The notes under the pieces are model-generated. The model did not search any database, had not been told where the DNA came from, and saw only the letters and a list, made by a program, of their open reading frames with translations. From Eledone cirrhosa (taxonomy: Eukaryota), in assembly GCA_964016885.1 (NCBI GenBank), contig OZ024757.1, forward strand, positions 37,076,001 to 37,140,000: 64,000 nucleotides of DNA. Reading direction: 5' to 3'. This document shows positions 31,931-43,192 of this stretch, piece by piece. The translations under genes were made by a program, and so were the position numbers. Positions within the stretch are counted from its first letter, which is position 1. The number at the start of each line of letters is the position of its first letter.

Positions 31931-32894
31931 AAAGTTGATCTTAATGGGATTTAACCCTTTAGCATTTACATTACTCAATATTTACTATTGTATTTTCACA
32001 GTAACTTTATCTCACATAATATCAAATCTATGAGATTTCGATATTATTTATTTGGAAAACAATACCTTAACATAAGTATGAGCAGCCGGTTTGAACAGAA
32101 AGAGGTGAGAGAATTCTGGCCATATACAGTCGGTTCAATGCTAAAGGGTTAAACTGTGAACATAATGTACTGTAACTAAATACCACGAGATATCTTGTCA
32201 GAAGCTCTACCGGTTCTATCCATCCACTTCATAAAATATGAAGCGTGAGATGTGTGTTTTTGTACAGCTGTACTTACTTGATGCTACAGTGTACAACCTC
32301 ACACTCAAGTGATACTACAGTAGTCTATTGGTCTGATAACATTTGATGTATGCATCTCTCTACATATATTCTCCTTGACCTCAGTATAATATATATATGT
32401 ATTAAGTTTGTTGCCTGGTTAAAAGGAAGGTCACAGTAAACTGTTTTTCTATATGACTAATATCAGAGAGCAGAAAACCTACACACTACAGTAATTCATT
32501 TTTGTTTGTGCCTTTTAATTCAAATGGATGTACAGTTTAGTTTAATGTAATCTGTGAATTGGTTTGTTTAACCCTTTAGCATTTAAACCGGCTGTAACCG
32601 GCAGAATTCTCTCATCATTTTCTATTTAAACTGGCCATAACTGACCACTCATACTGATGTTAAGGTATTGTTCTCAAAATAAATAAGATCAAAATCTCAT
32701 AGATTTGATTTTGATAAGTGTTTATTGTGAAAATATAATAGTAAATATAGAGTAATATAAATGCTAAAGGGTTAAACCATTCATAAATATATAGTTAAAG
32801 ATATAATAAATAGTTCTCAGTTGCAGCTAATCTTGAAGATAGACAAGTATTTGAAGGGTTTTAGTCATTTGTTGATTTAATTGATAGATTAAGC

Positions 32895-33215
32895 TAGAGT
32901 CACTCCAGGTAGAGCTGCTACTTCTCCAAATTGAGAGATCACTGCTCTGAAACTATGGCCATGGGGTTAGGAATGTCTCAGGAAAGAATCGCTGGACAGA
33001 TTTTATGGGCAAAACTAACTGGCAGGAGACCCAGGGGTAGATCCTGAGCAAGATAGTTTGATAACATCCATGAGTTCAGCTGATCTCACTAGGGGATCCA
33101 GTCGGATCAGTTGGAGACGGCTGCTTCTGACAGGACTTGCTGGCAGGAGTGTTTGAGGACTGTGTCCCCACGACCATTTCGGGAATAAGTAGGCGAAGGA
33201 GTGGCATCCAGCCAT
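32895..33215 (+). mobile_element. Decayed RTE-clade LINE 3' fragment (also 29860-29990 on -)
   Basis: Translates to LLLQIER..YGH.VRMSQERIA..L..KLTGRRPRGR..DNI..A.DR..W, the RTE ORF C-terminal signature, with stops/frameshifts. Confidence 0.8.
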
Positions 33216-34544
33216 AGGAAACCAAGTTAGAAACGGAACATATGGGGCAAGATACAGTCATCTGACCTAGTTAACCTTATCACATGACAACCCATGAGCA
33301 TGGAAAATAGATGCTAAACTATGGTGATGATGATGGTGGCTCAGTCTGTTTTTCTACTGCTGTTATCAAAATACTGCATATTAAGTAAGATAAAACCTTG
33401 CATGGCCCATATATGCTAGTTTTCAGTTTATTCATGTGATCATTTCTAGCAATATTCCTTTTGAAAACATCCATTTGATACCATTTCTAGTGTCAACCAT
33501 TACACAGAATATCATGTGAGAAATTGCTTGGTCTATTTCTACCACTCCTATATCTTTGTCATTTCCTCTCACCTACACTTATTTCACTTTGTAGACGTCA
33601 CTGCTATTACATTTAATACTTTGCCTAATTTTCAGAGCTCCACTCCAATGTCTATATCATTTCCTCTCGTCAACACCACAATGACCATGCTTCAGTTTTT
33701 ATTTTTTATCTTTTTTTAAACTTCACTGTAATTATTTTGAATATTTTGCCCAATTCTCTGATTTGCATTTAGAACTCCTTTAAATTCTTTTGATACCAAA
33801 CCGTCTGAAACTGCTTCTGTTTCTATAATATTAAGTTTGTTTTAAAGTGTTTATATTTATCTAAAAACCTTCCTCATAAGTTTCTGTAAGAACCTTTTAA
33901 ATTATGCTCAAAACATGAGATTATATGACTAATTGTCTCCAAATTCTTGATTAATTTCAAAATTGTTTGAAATTCATCAACAATATCTTCCATTAGAAAT
34001 ATTTTATTGAAAGGGTTAACCTATTAGCATTTACATTACTCTATATTTACTATTATATTTTCACGGTAAAGGCTTTATCTTACATAATATCAAATCTATG
34101 AGATTTTGAGAACAATACTTTAAGATAAGTATGAGCAGCTGGTTATCGCCGGTTTGAAAAGAAAGAGGTGAGAGAATGCTGGCCAGATACAGCCGGTTTA
34201 AATGCTAAAAGGTTAAAGTTATATTTATCTAAAACCCTATCAGAATTTTATGTAAGGAACTTTTCTTAAATTTTGCTTCAAACACCAGATTAGTAATGAG
34301 AATGTTAGTTATATTACTAAACCTTTCTAAATTGTTTATTTTCAAAATCATTTAAAAATAATTGACTGGATTCCATTAGAAATATAATGGAAAATCCAAA
34401 GTTGTTTTAAATTTTGACTTTTAGAAAGTTAAAAGAAAAAAGTAAAATTGCTGGAAAACCTTGAGAAGTTCCAGGAGTGTGTAATATTTATTTATACATA
34501 GTATATATTATATTATATATAAATTAATGATTTTATTTATTATA

Positions 34545-34644
34545 TACCACATTTCCTGGCATTGAAGACACTATTTTTTTCCTAAAATAAATCTAAAAAA
34601 TCTACCATGTGTCCTGGTGGCCGAAGACGCCGGGAAATACGGTA
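34545..34644. mobile_element. Small pogo/Tc2-like MITE
   Basis: Imperfect TIRs TACCACATTTCCTGGC / GCCGGGAAATACGGTA. Confidence 0.5.
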
Positions 34645-34953
34645 TTGTTTACAATTTGCTTGTAGACGGGTCTCTCTGGAAATAGGGGTGGGGTCACTGA
34701 GGGCATTACAGGGCTGTGTTGGGGGTGGTGGCTTGAAAAGTTTGAGAATTTCTGCTCTATTTCCTTCCACTTACATTTCCATTCACCCAGCCACTTTCTA
34801 CAATCTAACCACAGCAATTTTAATAGTCAATATTAATATCGTTTCACCTTTTTTTTTTCTTCTCTTGTTTTCTTTCTTCCTAGGTGTAAAAGAAATGATG
34901 GAATATTGAGGTATTCATAGCAGTGTTGTGGCTCTGGTCTTGAGAAAAGAAAA

Positions 34954-35442
34954 ATGCCAACCATTCGACGAACAATTAAAAATGTTGTTTGGAATTACTC
35001 AGATGCCCAGATCAAGGTTCGAGAAGCAACCTCTAATGATCCATGGGGACCTTCGAGTACGCTGATGTCTGAGATAGCCGATCTAACTTACAATGTTGTT
35101 GCCTTCACAGAAATTATGCAAATGATCTGGAAGCGGTTAAACGATCATGGGAAGAACTGGAGACATGTTTACAAATCTTTAGTGTTGTTGGATTACATTA
35201 TTAAAACTGGGAGTGAGAAGGTGGCCCAGCAGTGTAAAGAAAATGTTTATGCAATTCAGACTTTAAAAGACTTTCAGTATACTGAGGATAACAAAGACCA
35301 AGGTATGAATGTACGAGAGAAAGCCAAACAGTTAGTATCGCTTTTGAAAGATGATGAACGACTACGAAACGAACGTGCAAAGGCATTGAAAGCTAAAGAA
35401 AGATTTGCACAAAACGCGATGGGCATTGGAAGTAACAATAAG
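34954..35442 (+). CDS. EPN: Epsin, first coding exon (complete ENTH domain); exon 34884-35442, phase-0 donor
   Basis: MPTIRRTIKNVVWNYSDAQIKVREATSNDPWGPSSTLMSEIADLTYN...IWKRLNDHGKNWRHVYKSL...KTGSE...DQGMNVREKAKQLVSLLKDDERLRNERAKALKAKERF is the epsin 1/2/3 / liquid facets ENTH; acceptor (Y)n-CTAG| at 34883, donor AAG|GTAAGA at 35442; short uORF MMEY* at 34895-34909. Confidence 0.97.
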
Positions 35443-35654
35443 GTAAGATGTCTTTTACTATTCTAAGTTGTCTCTCCTATCTTTAAGATTGTATTGTATG
35501 GTATGCTTCAAAGTTATTTTGCTACTATATCTAGGATGTCAAACAACTGAAAAATCATACACTGAGCTTTTTGTCATGTCAGAAATAACAAAACAAACAA
35601 CACAGTACATGGAAGGATTATATTAGTTTAATGCTTGAAATAGCAGGAAGAGAG

Positions 35655-35690
35655 TCTTAACGTTTCGGACACTAGTCCTTCATCGGAAGA
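35655..35690 (-). ncRNA. Degenerate minimal hammerhead in Penelope-like repeat (element ~35580-35720)
   Basis: Minus strand TCTT-CCGATGA-a-GGAC(tagt)GTCC-GAAAC-GTT^AAGA; core U4 changed to C; homologous to 2820-2995. Confidence 0.65.
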
Positions 35691-36329
35691 AAGAATGAGA
35701 AATTAAAGAAGAATTAGAAATATTGAGGAGATCAGCTGGGAAGAAACGGGAAACATAACAGGTCCATTCATGTTGCCATCTCTTGTATGAAGCCGAATTA
35801 TTTCTATTGACAGGATTGGCAATCTGACCATCCCATAATATATATATATGTTTGTATTTCATCATCATCATTTTTTTCGTTGACTTTTCTGTGCTGGTGT
35901 GGGTTGGAAGGGACTTTTTGAGGCAATGTTTTGACAGCCAGATGCCCTCTCTGACACCAACCCTTTTAGCTGCTTCTTATGACACACTGGTATAAAGTGT
36001 ACCCATTCTAAACCAGATATATTTTTATGTGTCTGTCTTATTTAGTAGCGATGAGTAAGAGGGTAGATTTAAACAAAAATGTTATTTTTATTTTATATTT
36101 TCAATTTTTTTTTGTGTTTGACAAGGAAAGTCAGATTGGGTAAATAAGGAATTGGGTCACTTTGAATACACACACGCACATATACATATATATTTATATA
36201 ATATATAAAGGGTTGGTTTATACTTTATCTAATCAAAAAAATATTCAAAGAACATTCCCGAGTCCTCACAATAATAAAATGGTTCTTATCACTGAGAATT
36301 GTGTTTATATAATGTATTTTCTTTATCAA

Positions 36330-36558
36330 CTAGCTGGCCCCTGTCATCAAAAATGACAGCTAATTGTAATATCTATACATAATATAAAAAGGAGATGTTC
36401 GTTTGTTGGTTGGTTGGTTAGTTGGTTCCTTTGCGTTCCCTCACACAAGTGATGCAAACACAAACATACCCCTTCCTCAGTCAACGTTATCACCCCTTCC
36501 TTCCTCAGTCATCTCTATTGCGTTATGGACAAATACACACGGCTATTATATTAGTAGA
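36330..36558 (-). mobile_element. Small non-autonomous Helitron-like element
   Basis: On - strand starts A|TCTACTAATATAATAG and ends CTAG|T with hairpin CTGTCAT/ATGACAG 7 nt upstream of CTAG. Confidence 0.55.
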
Positions 36559-36924
36559 TTATTAAATTAACAAAAACGATTTAAAGTAGAATGCTGCAGG
36601 AACAGCTTCTGGTTTGGTTGGAAGGGGTCCTAAGAGGTTTTTCTGGATGTCGTATGTAAGATACAATGTTTCAGTAAAAATAACAAGAAATGAGTGTTTT
36701 TCTGATATAATAATTTATCACACAGCTCCCACTATTCGACCCCACCCTAATGTCGACCTCTACCTCTTTGGTTTATTGTGTTGTGAGGAAAAACCCTGAA
36801 CACCACCACGTAACTAAAAGTGGACCAGTGCAAAAAGCTTATAAATACAAATTGAATTGAACTGTCAGGTAGACTGTTTGTATAGTGTCTTGTTGTAGTC
36901 TCTTGTCGGTAATTCGGAATTACA

Positions 36925-38530
36925 CCTGGTGAATACCTTGGTTGTTACCCTTGTTTCTGCCTGGTGAATACCTTGGCTGTTACCCTTGTTTCTGCCTGGT
37001 GAATACCTTGGTTGTTACCCTTGTTTCTGCTTGGTGAATACCTTGGTTGTTACCCTTGTTTCTGCCTGGTGAATACCTTGGTTGTTACCCTTGTTTCTGC
37101 CTGGTGAATACCTTGGTTGTTACCCTTGTTTCTGCCTGGTGAATACCTTGGTTGTTACCCTTGTTTCTGCTTGGTGAATACCTTGGTTGTTACCCTTGTT
37201 CTGCTTGGTGAATACCTTGGTTGTTACCCTTGTTTCTGCCTGGTGAATACCTTGGTTGTTACCCTTGTTTCTGCTTGGTGAATACCTTGGTTGTTACCCT
37301 TGTTTCTGCCTGGTGAACACCTTGGTTGTTACCCTTGTTTCTGCTTGGTGAATATCTTGGTTGTTACCCTTGTTTCTGCCTGGTGAATACCTTGGTTGTT
37401 ACCCTTGCTTCTGCTTGGTGAATACCTTGGCTGTTACCCTTGTTTCTGCCTGGTGAATACCTTGGTTGTTACCCTTGTTTCTGCCTGGTGAATACCTTGG
37501 TTGTTACCCCTGTTTCTGCCTGGTGAATACCTTGGTTGTTACCCTTGTTTCTGCTTGGTGAATACCTTGGTTGTTACCCTTATTTCTGCTTGGTGAATAC
37601 CTTGGTTGTTACCCTTGTTTCTGCCTGGTGAATACCTTGGTTGTTACCCTTGTTTCTGCTTGGTGAATACCTTGGTTGTTACCCTTGTTTCTGCCTGGTG
37701 AATACCTTGGTTGTTACCCTTGTTTCTGCTTGGTGAATATCTTGGTTGTTACCCTTGTTTCTGCCTGGTGAATACCTTGGCTGTTACCCTTGTTTCTGCC
37801 TGGTGAATACCTTGGTTGTTACCCTTGTTTCTGCCTGGTGAATACCTTGGTTGTTACCCTTGTTTCTGCCTGGTGAATACCTTGGTTGTTACCCTTGTTT
37901 CTGCCTGGTGAATACCTTGGTTGTTACCCTTGCTTCTGCTTGGTGAATACCTTGGTTGTTACCCTTGTTTCTGCCTGGTGAATACCTTGGTTGTTACCCC
38001 TGTTTCTGCCTCTGTGAATACCTTGGTTGTTACCCTTGTTTCTGCCTGGTGAATACCTTGGTTGTTACCCCTGTTTCTGCCTGGTGAATATCTTGGTTGT
38101 TACCCTTGTTTCTGCTTGGTGAATATCTTGGTTGTTACCCTTGTTTCTGCTTGGTGAATACCTTGGTTGTAACCCTTGTTTCTGCCTGGTGAATACCTTG
38201 GTTGTTACCCTTGTTTCTGCTTGGTGAATACCTTGGTTGTTACCCTTGTTTCTGCCTGGTGAATACCTTGGTTGTTACCCTTGTTTCTGCTTGGTGAATA
38301 CCTTGGTTGTTACCCTTGTTTCTGCCTGGTGAATACCTTGGTTGTTACCCTTGTTTCTGCTTGGTGAATATCTTGGTTGTTACCCTTGTTTCTGCCTGGT
38401 GAATACCTAGGTTGTTACCCTTGTTTCTGTCTGGTGAATACCTAGGTTGTTACCCCTGTTTCTGCCTGGTGAATACCTTGGTTGTTATCCTTGTTTCTGC
38501 CTGGTGAATACCTAGGTTGTTACCCTTGTT
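36925..38530. repeat. 35-bp minisatellite, ~46 highly similar copies
   Basis: Unit CCTGGTGAATACCTTGGTTGTTACCCTTGTTTCTG, head-to-tail, no spacers. Confidence 0.97.
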
Positions 38531-39549
38531 TTGTACAGATATACAAAACAGATATGTCACACCATTATAACATTCTGCTAACACACAACACATATCATTT
38601 CTGTTGAGTGAAAATAAAAACATAGTTATATTTCTTCCTCATTTTATTTTTTCTAGTGAGTGCTGAGTTCTTTTTGGTTTGTAGTGTTAACCCTCTACCA
38701 TTTACATTACTCTATATTTACTATTATATTTTCATGGTAAAGTCTTTACTTCACATAATTATCTCACATAATATTGAATCTTTGAGATTTTGATATTATA
38801 TATGTTGAGAACTATACCTTAACATCAGAATGAGTGGCCAGTTATGGCCGGTTTGAACAGAAAGAGGTGAGAGAATTCTGGCTGGATATGGCCAGTTTAA
38901 ATGCTAAAGGCTTAAATTCACTTCAATCACATGAACATGTTTTAATCCTTTTGTCATCAAACCACCTGTGTGTGTGAGTGTGTGTACATATCTATACCAA
39001 TATATATATCATCATCATCATTGTTTTTATGTACGCTTTCCACACTGGCATGTTGTGGGTTGGCCGGGTTGTCACATTCTGAAGCTAGATCGGTCAGGTG
39101 ATCACATCTTGCTTATACGTTCCATATTTGGCATGGTTTCTGCAACTGGATGCCCTTCCTAATATTACCAGATATCTGGCCGGATACAACCGGTTTAAAT
39201 GCCAAAGCGTTAAAGAGTCCATTAGAACTGCCGCCAATTTGAGGAAGGGGGCAGAGTCGAACATATCGATCTCATTATGTCACTGGTACTTTATTTTTTT
39301 TCAATACGTTGTTAATTTCAAAAAGAGTGGCTGAGTGTGAGGAGGTTACTGGAACTGAGAGGGTGGCTGGGTGTGGGGGGAGAGTGATAAAGCCAATGGG
39401 TTGTTAGTTTTCAGCTGGACAATTAGTATATTATATGATATAATATTAAAATGACTTTGCTTTGCTGATTTAATAGACCAATTGCTGATAATGTTGACAC
39501 CAAAAAATGTTGAAATTCTAATTGCCTGGTTTTTGAGATGAGATGGACA

Positions 39550-39920
39550 TTGTGGTGGTGGTGTTGGTGATAGTGGTGTATGTGTTGGTGATAGTGGTGT
39601 ATGTGGTGATGGTGGTGGTGGTGGTTTAGGTGAAGGTGATAGGGGTGATGGTGAGGGTTTAGATGGTGGTGGGGGTGAGGGAGATGGTGTAGGTGGTGGT
39701 GGCAGTGATGGTAATGGTGTTGGTGCATGTGGTGGTGGTGGTGTAAGTGTAGGTGATGGTATTGGTGTATGTGGTGGTGGAAGTGTAGGTGATGGTATTA
39801 GTGTATGTGATGGTGGTGGTGTAGGTGGTGGTGGTGGAAGTGTTGGTGTATGTGATGGTGGTGGAAGTGTAGGTGTTGGTGTATGTGATGGTGGTGATGG
39901 TATTAGTGTATGTGGTGGTG
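39550..39920. repeat. (GGT)n-rich low-complexity tract
   Basis: Direct inspection. Confidence 0.9.
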
Positions 39921-40719
39921 AGGCATTGAAATTATAATTACTTCCATCAAATTAAACACGTTTTTGTTTCTAATAATAATCTTGAACTAAATATATACTA
40001 AGATAAAATTATATTGAAGGTTAAAAAATAACATAACAAAAAAACCCCCAAAATGTACAGCTTGTATCTATGTAGATTTAGCTGGCCTCCTATGTAGTTG
40101 TATCTCATACAAAGTTTTTGAGGGAGTTTAGTGATAGGGGTCTCCCTGGTCCTTACATGAAAAGCAAAGTAAAATTAAGCATGTTGTTCATTTTGCTTTA
40201 ATTCTTTAGCATTACATTACTCTATATTTACTATTATATTTTCTTGGTAAAGGCTTTACCTCACATAATACCGATTCTAAGAGATTTTGATATTATTTAT
40301 TTTGAGGCAATATCTTAACATCAGTATGAGCAGCTTGTTTTAACAGAAATGTGAGAGAATTCTGGCCAGATATAGCTGGTTTAACCCTTTAGCATTTACA
40401 TTACTCTATATTTACTATTATGTTTTCTTGGTAAAGGCTTTACCTCAGATAATATCGAATCTATGAGATTTTGATATTTATTTTGAGGACAATACCTTAA
40501 CATTGGTATGTTAAAGGTTAGAGTTAGCTAGTGTTTCTTCCAACCATTGCCTTTCAACTCCACCATATGTGACACAGGAAAGGTATACAAGAGTAGTATG
40601 TCATCACTTTCTTAACCAAAGCATGAAGATTAAAATCTTTAGTTGGTAGGACAAATGGTAGTTTGATATTCTTAGTCAGAGTTTAATCCTTTAGCATTTA
40701 CTATTACTATATATATACT

Positions 40720-41060
40720 GGAGGCACATGGCTTAGTGGTTAGAGCATTGGCCTTGCAATCGAAAGGTTGTGAGTTCAATTCTCAGACCAGGCGATGTGT
40801 TGTTTCCTTGAGCAAGACACTTTATTTCACATTGCTCCAGTTTACTCAGCTGTAGAAATGAGATGAGAGGGACTGGGGTCCATATCATTCCATTGTAAAG
40901 TGGACGTGTAGATGCCACGGCAAAAAAGCACCCAGCACTCACTGTAAATGAGGTTGGTGTTAGGAAGGGCATCCAGCTGTAGAAATCAAGCCAGAATCAG
41001 TTCCCGTCCCACCCTTGCAAGCAGGGAAAAAGGGGACGTAAAATGAAATGATGATGATGA
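40720..41060 (+). mobile_element. Full-length tRNA-derived CORE-SINE with RTE-like 3' tail, nested in a piggyBac MITE
   Basis: A box TGGCTTAGTGG (40729), B box GAGTTCAATTC (40772), CORE-like CCTTGAGCAAGACACTT..CAGTTTACTCAGCTGTAGAAATG, tail TAGGAAGGGCATCCAGC..(ATG)n; MITE sequence resumes after it. Confidence 0.88.
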
Positions 41061-41775
41061 TACTATTGTATTTTCACGGTAAAGGCTTTATCTCACATAA
41101 TATTGAATCTATGAGATTTTGATATTATTTATTCCGAGGACAGTACCATAACATCAGTATGAGCAGCCGGTTACTGCCGGTTTGAACAGAGAGAGGTGAG
41201 AGAATTCTGGCTGAATGTAGCACCCAGTCCACACTGTAAAATGGTTGTATAGACATCATGATAATCTGTTGACTCTTATTAAAATCTTTCCAGGTGGTAA
41301 GGAAGGAGCATACGAGCAAGACAAGGTCACCTGGTCAGGCTGGCCTCAGTTCGTGACCAGCCATCTAATCCATACAAGCATGAAATGTAGACATTAAATG
41401 ATGATGATGATTAAACAATAGACACAAGTTTCATGACTGACTGGGATCAGCTAAAACTATGTTAAACTTGAGATAAATATGGATATTTTACAACTGATTC
41501 AGATCAAAAGATTGTGTGTCTGTATGTGTCTATATGCGTGTGTCTATATGTGTATGTCTGTATGTGTGTGTCTATATCCGTGTGTATATATGTGTGTCAG
41601 TATCTATGTATATGTGAGTGTATCTGAGTATGGTTATCAAATATCTATCTCCTAGGGCCCTAGGTCGAGTTACACATTTGCCAGCTGTGAAAAATCTACC
41701 ACAACATCAGTGTTAATAAATTGTTACTCCTTCCTCATTTACACAAACACCCACATATGCATATATATATATATA

Positions 41776-41854
41776 TTGGGATGTAACATAAATTCCTGCC
41801 GTTCTTTTATGAAGAAGTTTTATAACAACGGCGGGAATTTATGTTACAACCCAA
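41776..41854. mobile_element. mariner-type MITE
   Basis: TA-TTGGGATGTAACATAAATTCCTGCCGTT ... AACGGCGGGAATTTATGTTACAACCCAA-TA. Confidence 0.8.
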
Positions 41855-42139
41855 TATATATATATCATCATCATCATCGTTTAACGTCCATCTTCCACGC
41901 TACCATGGGTTAGACAGTTTTGTTTCATTTGATGCGGGAATGGTCGGGAGACCATGTCTCGCTCGTACAGCTGAATGCCCTTCCTAACACCAACCACATT
42001 TACAGTGTAGACTGGGAACCTTTTCACCGTGTCTCCTACACGGCCACCTTACAGTGTAGACTCTTGTGCCATTGACACAGTGGATGGAATGGGAGAGGGA
42101 GGGTGGAGTAGGGTGTGGCGGTGAGGTGTACATTGAGTT

Positions 42140-42340
42140 AAGAGGTGCCTACTGACTGTAGGTTTGCATGCAATGATAGTCGGGTCTTCTGTACAACTGC
42201 ATGGCACCAAAGGTCTCGATCCAATGTCATTGTCTTAGAGAGGTGTAGGTTGGCAAGGTCGGTTTTTATCACCTCGTCCCAGGTTTTTCTTGGTCTACCC
42301 ATTCCGCAGCTTCCATCAATTTTCATTGTCCTGCACTTTT
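42140..42340 (-). mobile_element. RTE-clade LINE 3' fragment (second family)
   Basis: KKCRTMKIDGSCGMGRPRKTWDEVIKTDL...DRDLW matches the RTE C-terminal GRP..TW...DR..W motif. Confidence 0.8.
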
Positions 42341-42859
42341 TTATAGTGTATATATATTTATAGTGTAGAGTGCTCAACTGGCATACCGCCTAGGGACGCA
42401 TCCAAGCAACCTTACCACAAATATATTTATAGTGTATATATATTTATATAGATATATGTTCAATCCATGCCAATATGGAAAAACAAATGCAAAATGACAT
42501 CTCTTCATCATTTTAATGTCAGTTATTTTTCTTGCTGGTATTGGTTGGACAGGTATAAAACACCCAAGCATCTCATGAGACATAAACCTTGTAGGAGGCA
42601 TCCAGTTCTAAAACACTGTCTTAACCCTTTCTGTTCAAACCAGCTGTAACTAGCCCCTCATACTGATGTTAAGGTATTGTTCTCAAAATAAATAACATCG
42701 AAATTTCATAGATTCAATATTATGTGAGGTAAAGTCTTTACTGTGAAAATATAATAGTATATATAGAGTAATGTAAATGCTAAAGGTTAAATTATCCTAC
42801 CCGGGCCCATACCACCATGGAAAAGTGGACGTAAAAATGGTGATGATGATTTAGGGGTA

Positions 42860-43192
42860 AAGATCCCTTTGGTCACAAATGACCATGGGATTTGCATCTA
42901 GAAAGTTCCCCTCCAAGGCACAAGTTTGGGCAAGGTTGTTTGTGAAAGACCAGCAGTCAAACATACATACCGGTCTCTTCTCTCCATGCCACCGATGTTG
43001 TCAAAGGGAAAGGCAGTCGCTGATACAGCCTGGCACCAGTGATGTCTCAACTCATTTCTACAGCTGAGTAAACTAGAGTAACTTGAAATAACACATCTTG
43101 CTCAATGACACAAAGCATCACCTGGTCCGAGAATCAAACTCAACCGTTTGATTGCAGGCCCAATCTCTAACCACTAAGCTATGTGCCTTCAC
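42860..43192 (-). mobile_element. CORE-SINE subfamily with different body
   Basis: Head and CORE (43050-43192) match the reverse complement of 40720-40860. Confidence 0.7.

Noticed and set aside
35443-35466. Epsin C-terminus VRCLLLF* from the ORF track
   Set aside because: Read-through past the AAG|GTAAGA donor into intron.
36925-38530. CRISPR array (35-bp repeat)
   Set aside because: Repeats are contiguous with no unique spacers, no cas genes, eukaryotic context.
40720-40792. tRNA gene (also 26805-26872, 43120-43192)
   Set aside because: A/B boxes present but no proper acceptor stem or poly-T terminator; continues into SINE body.
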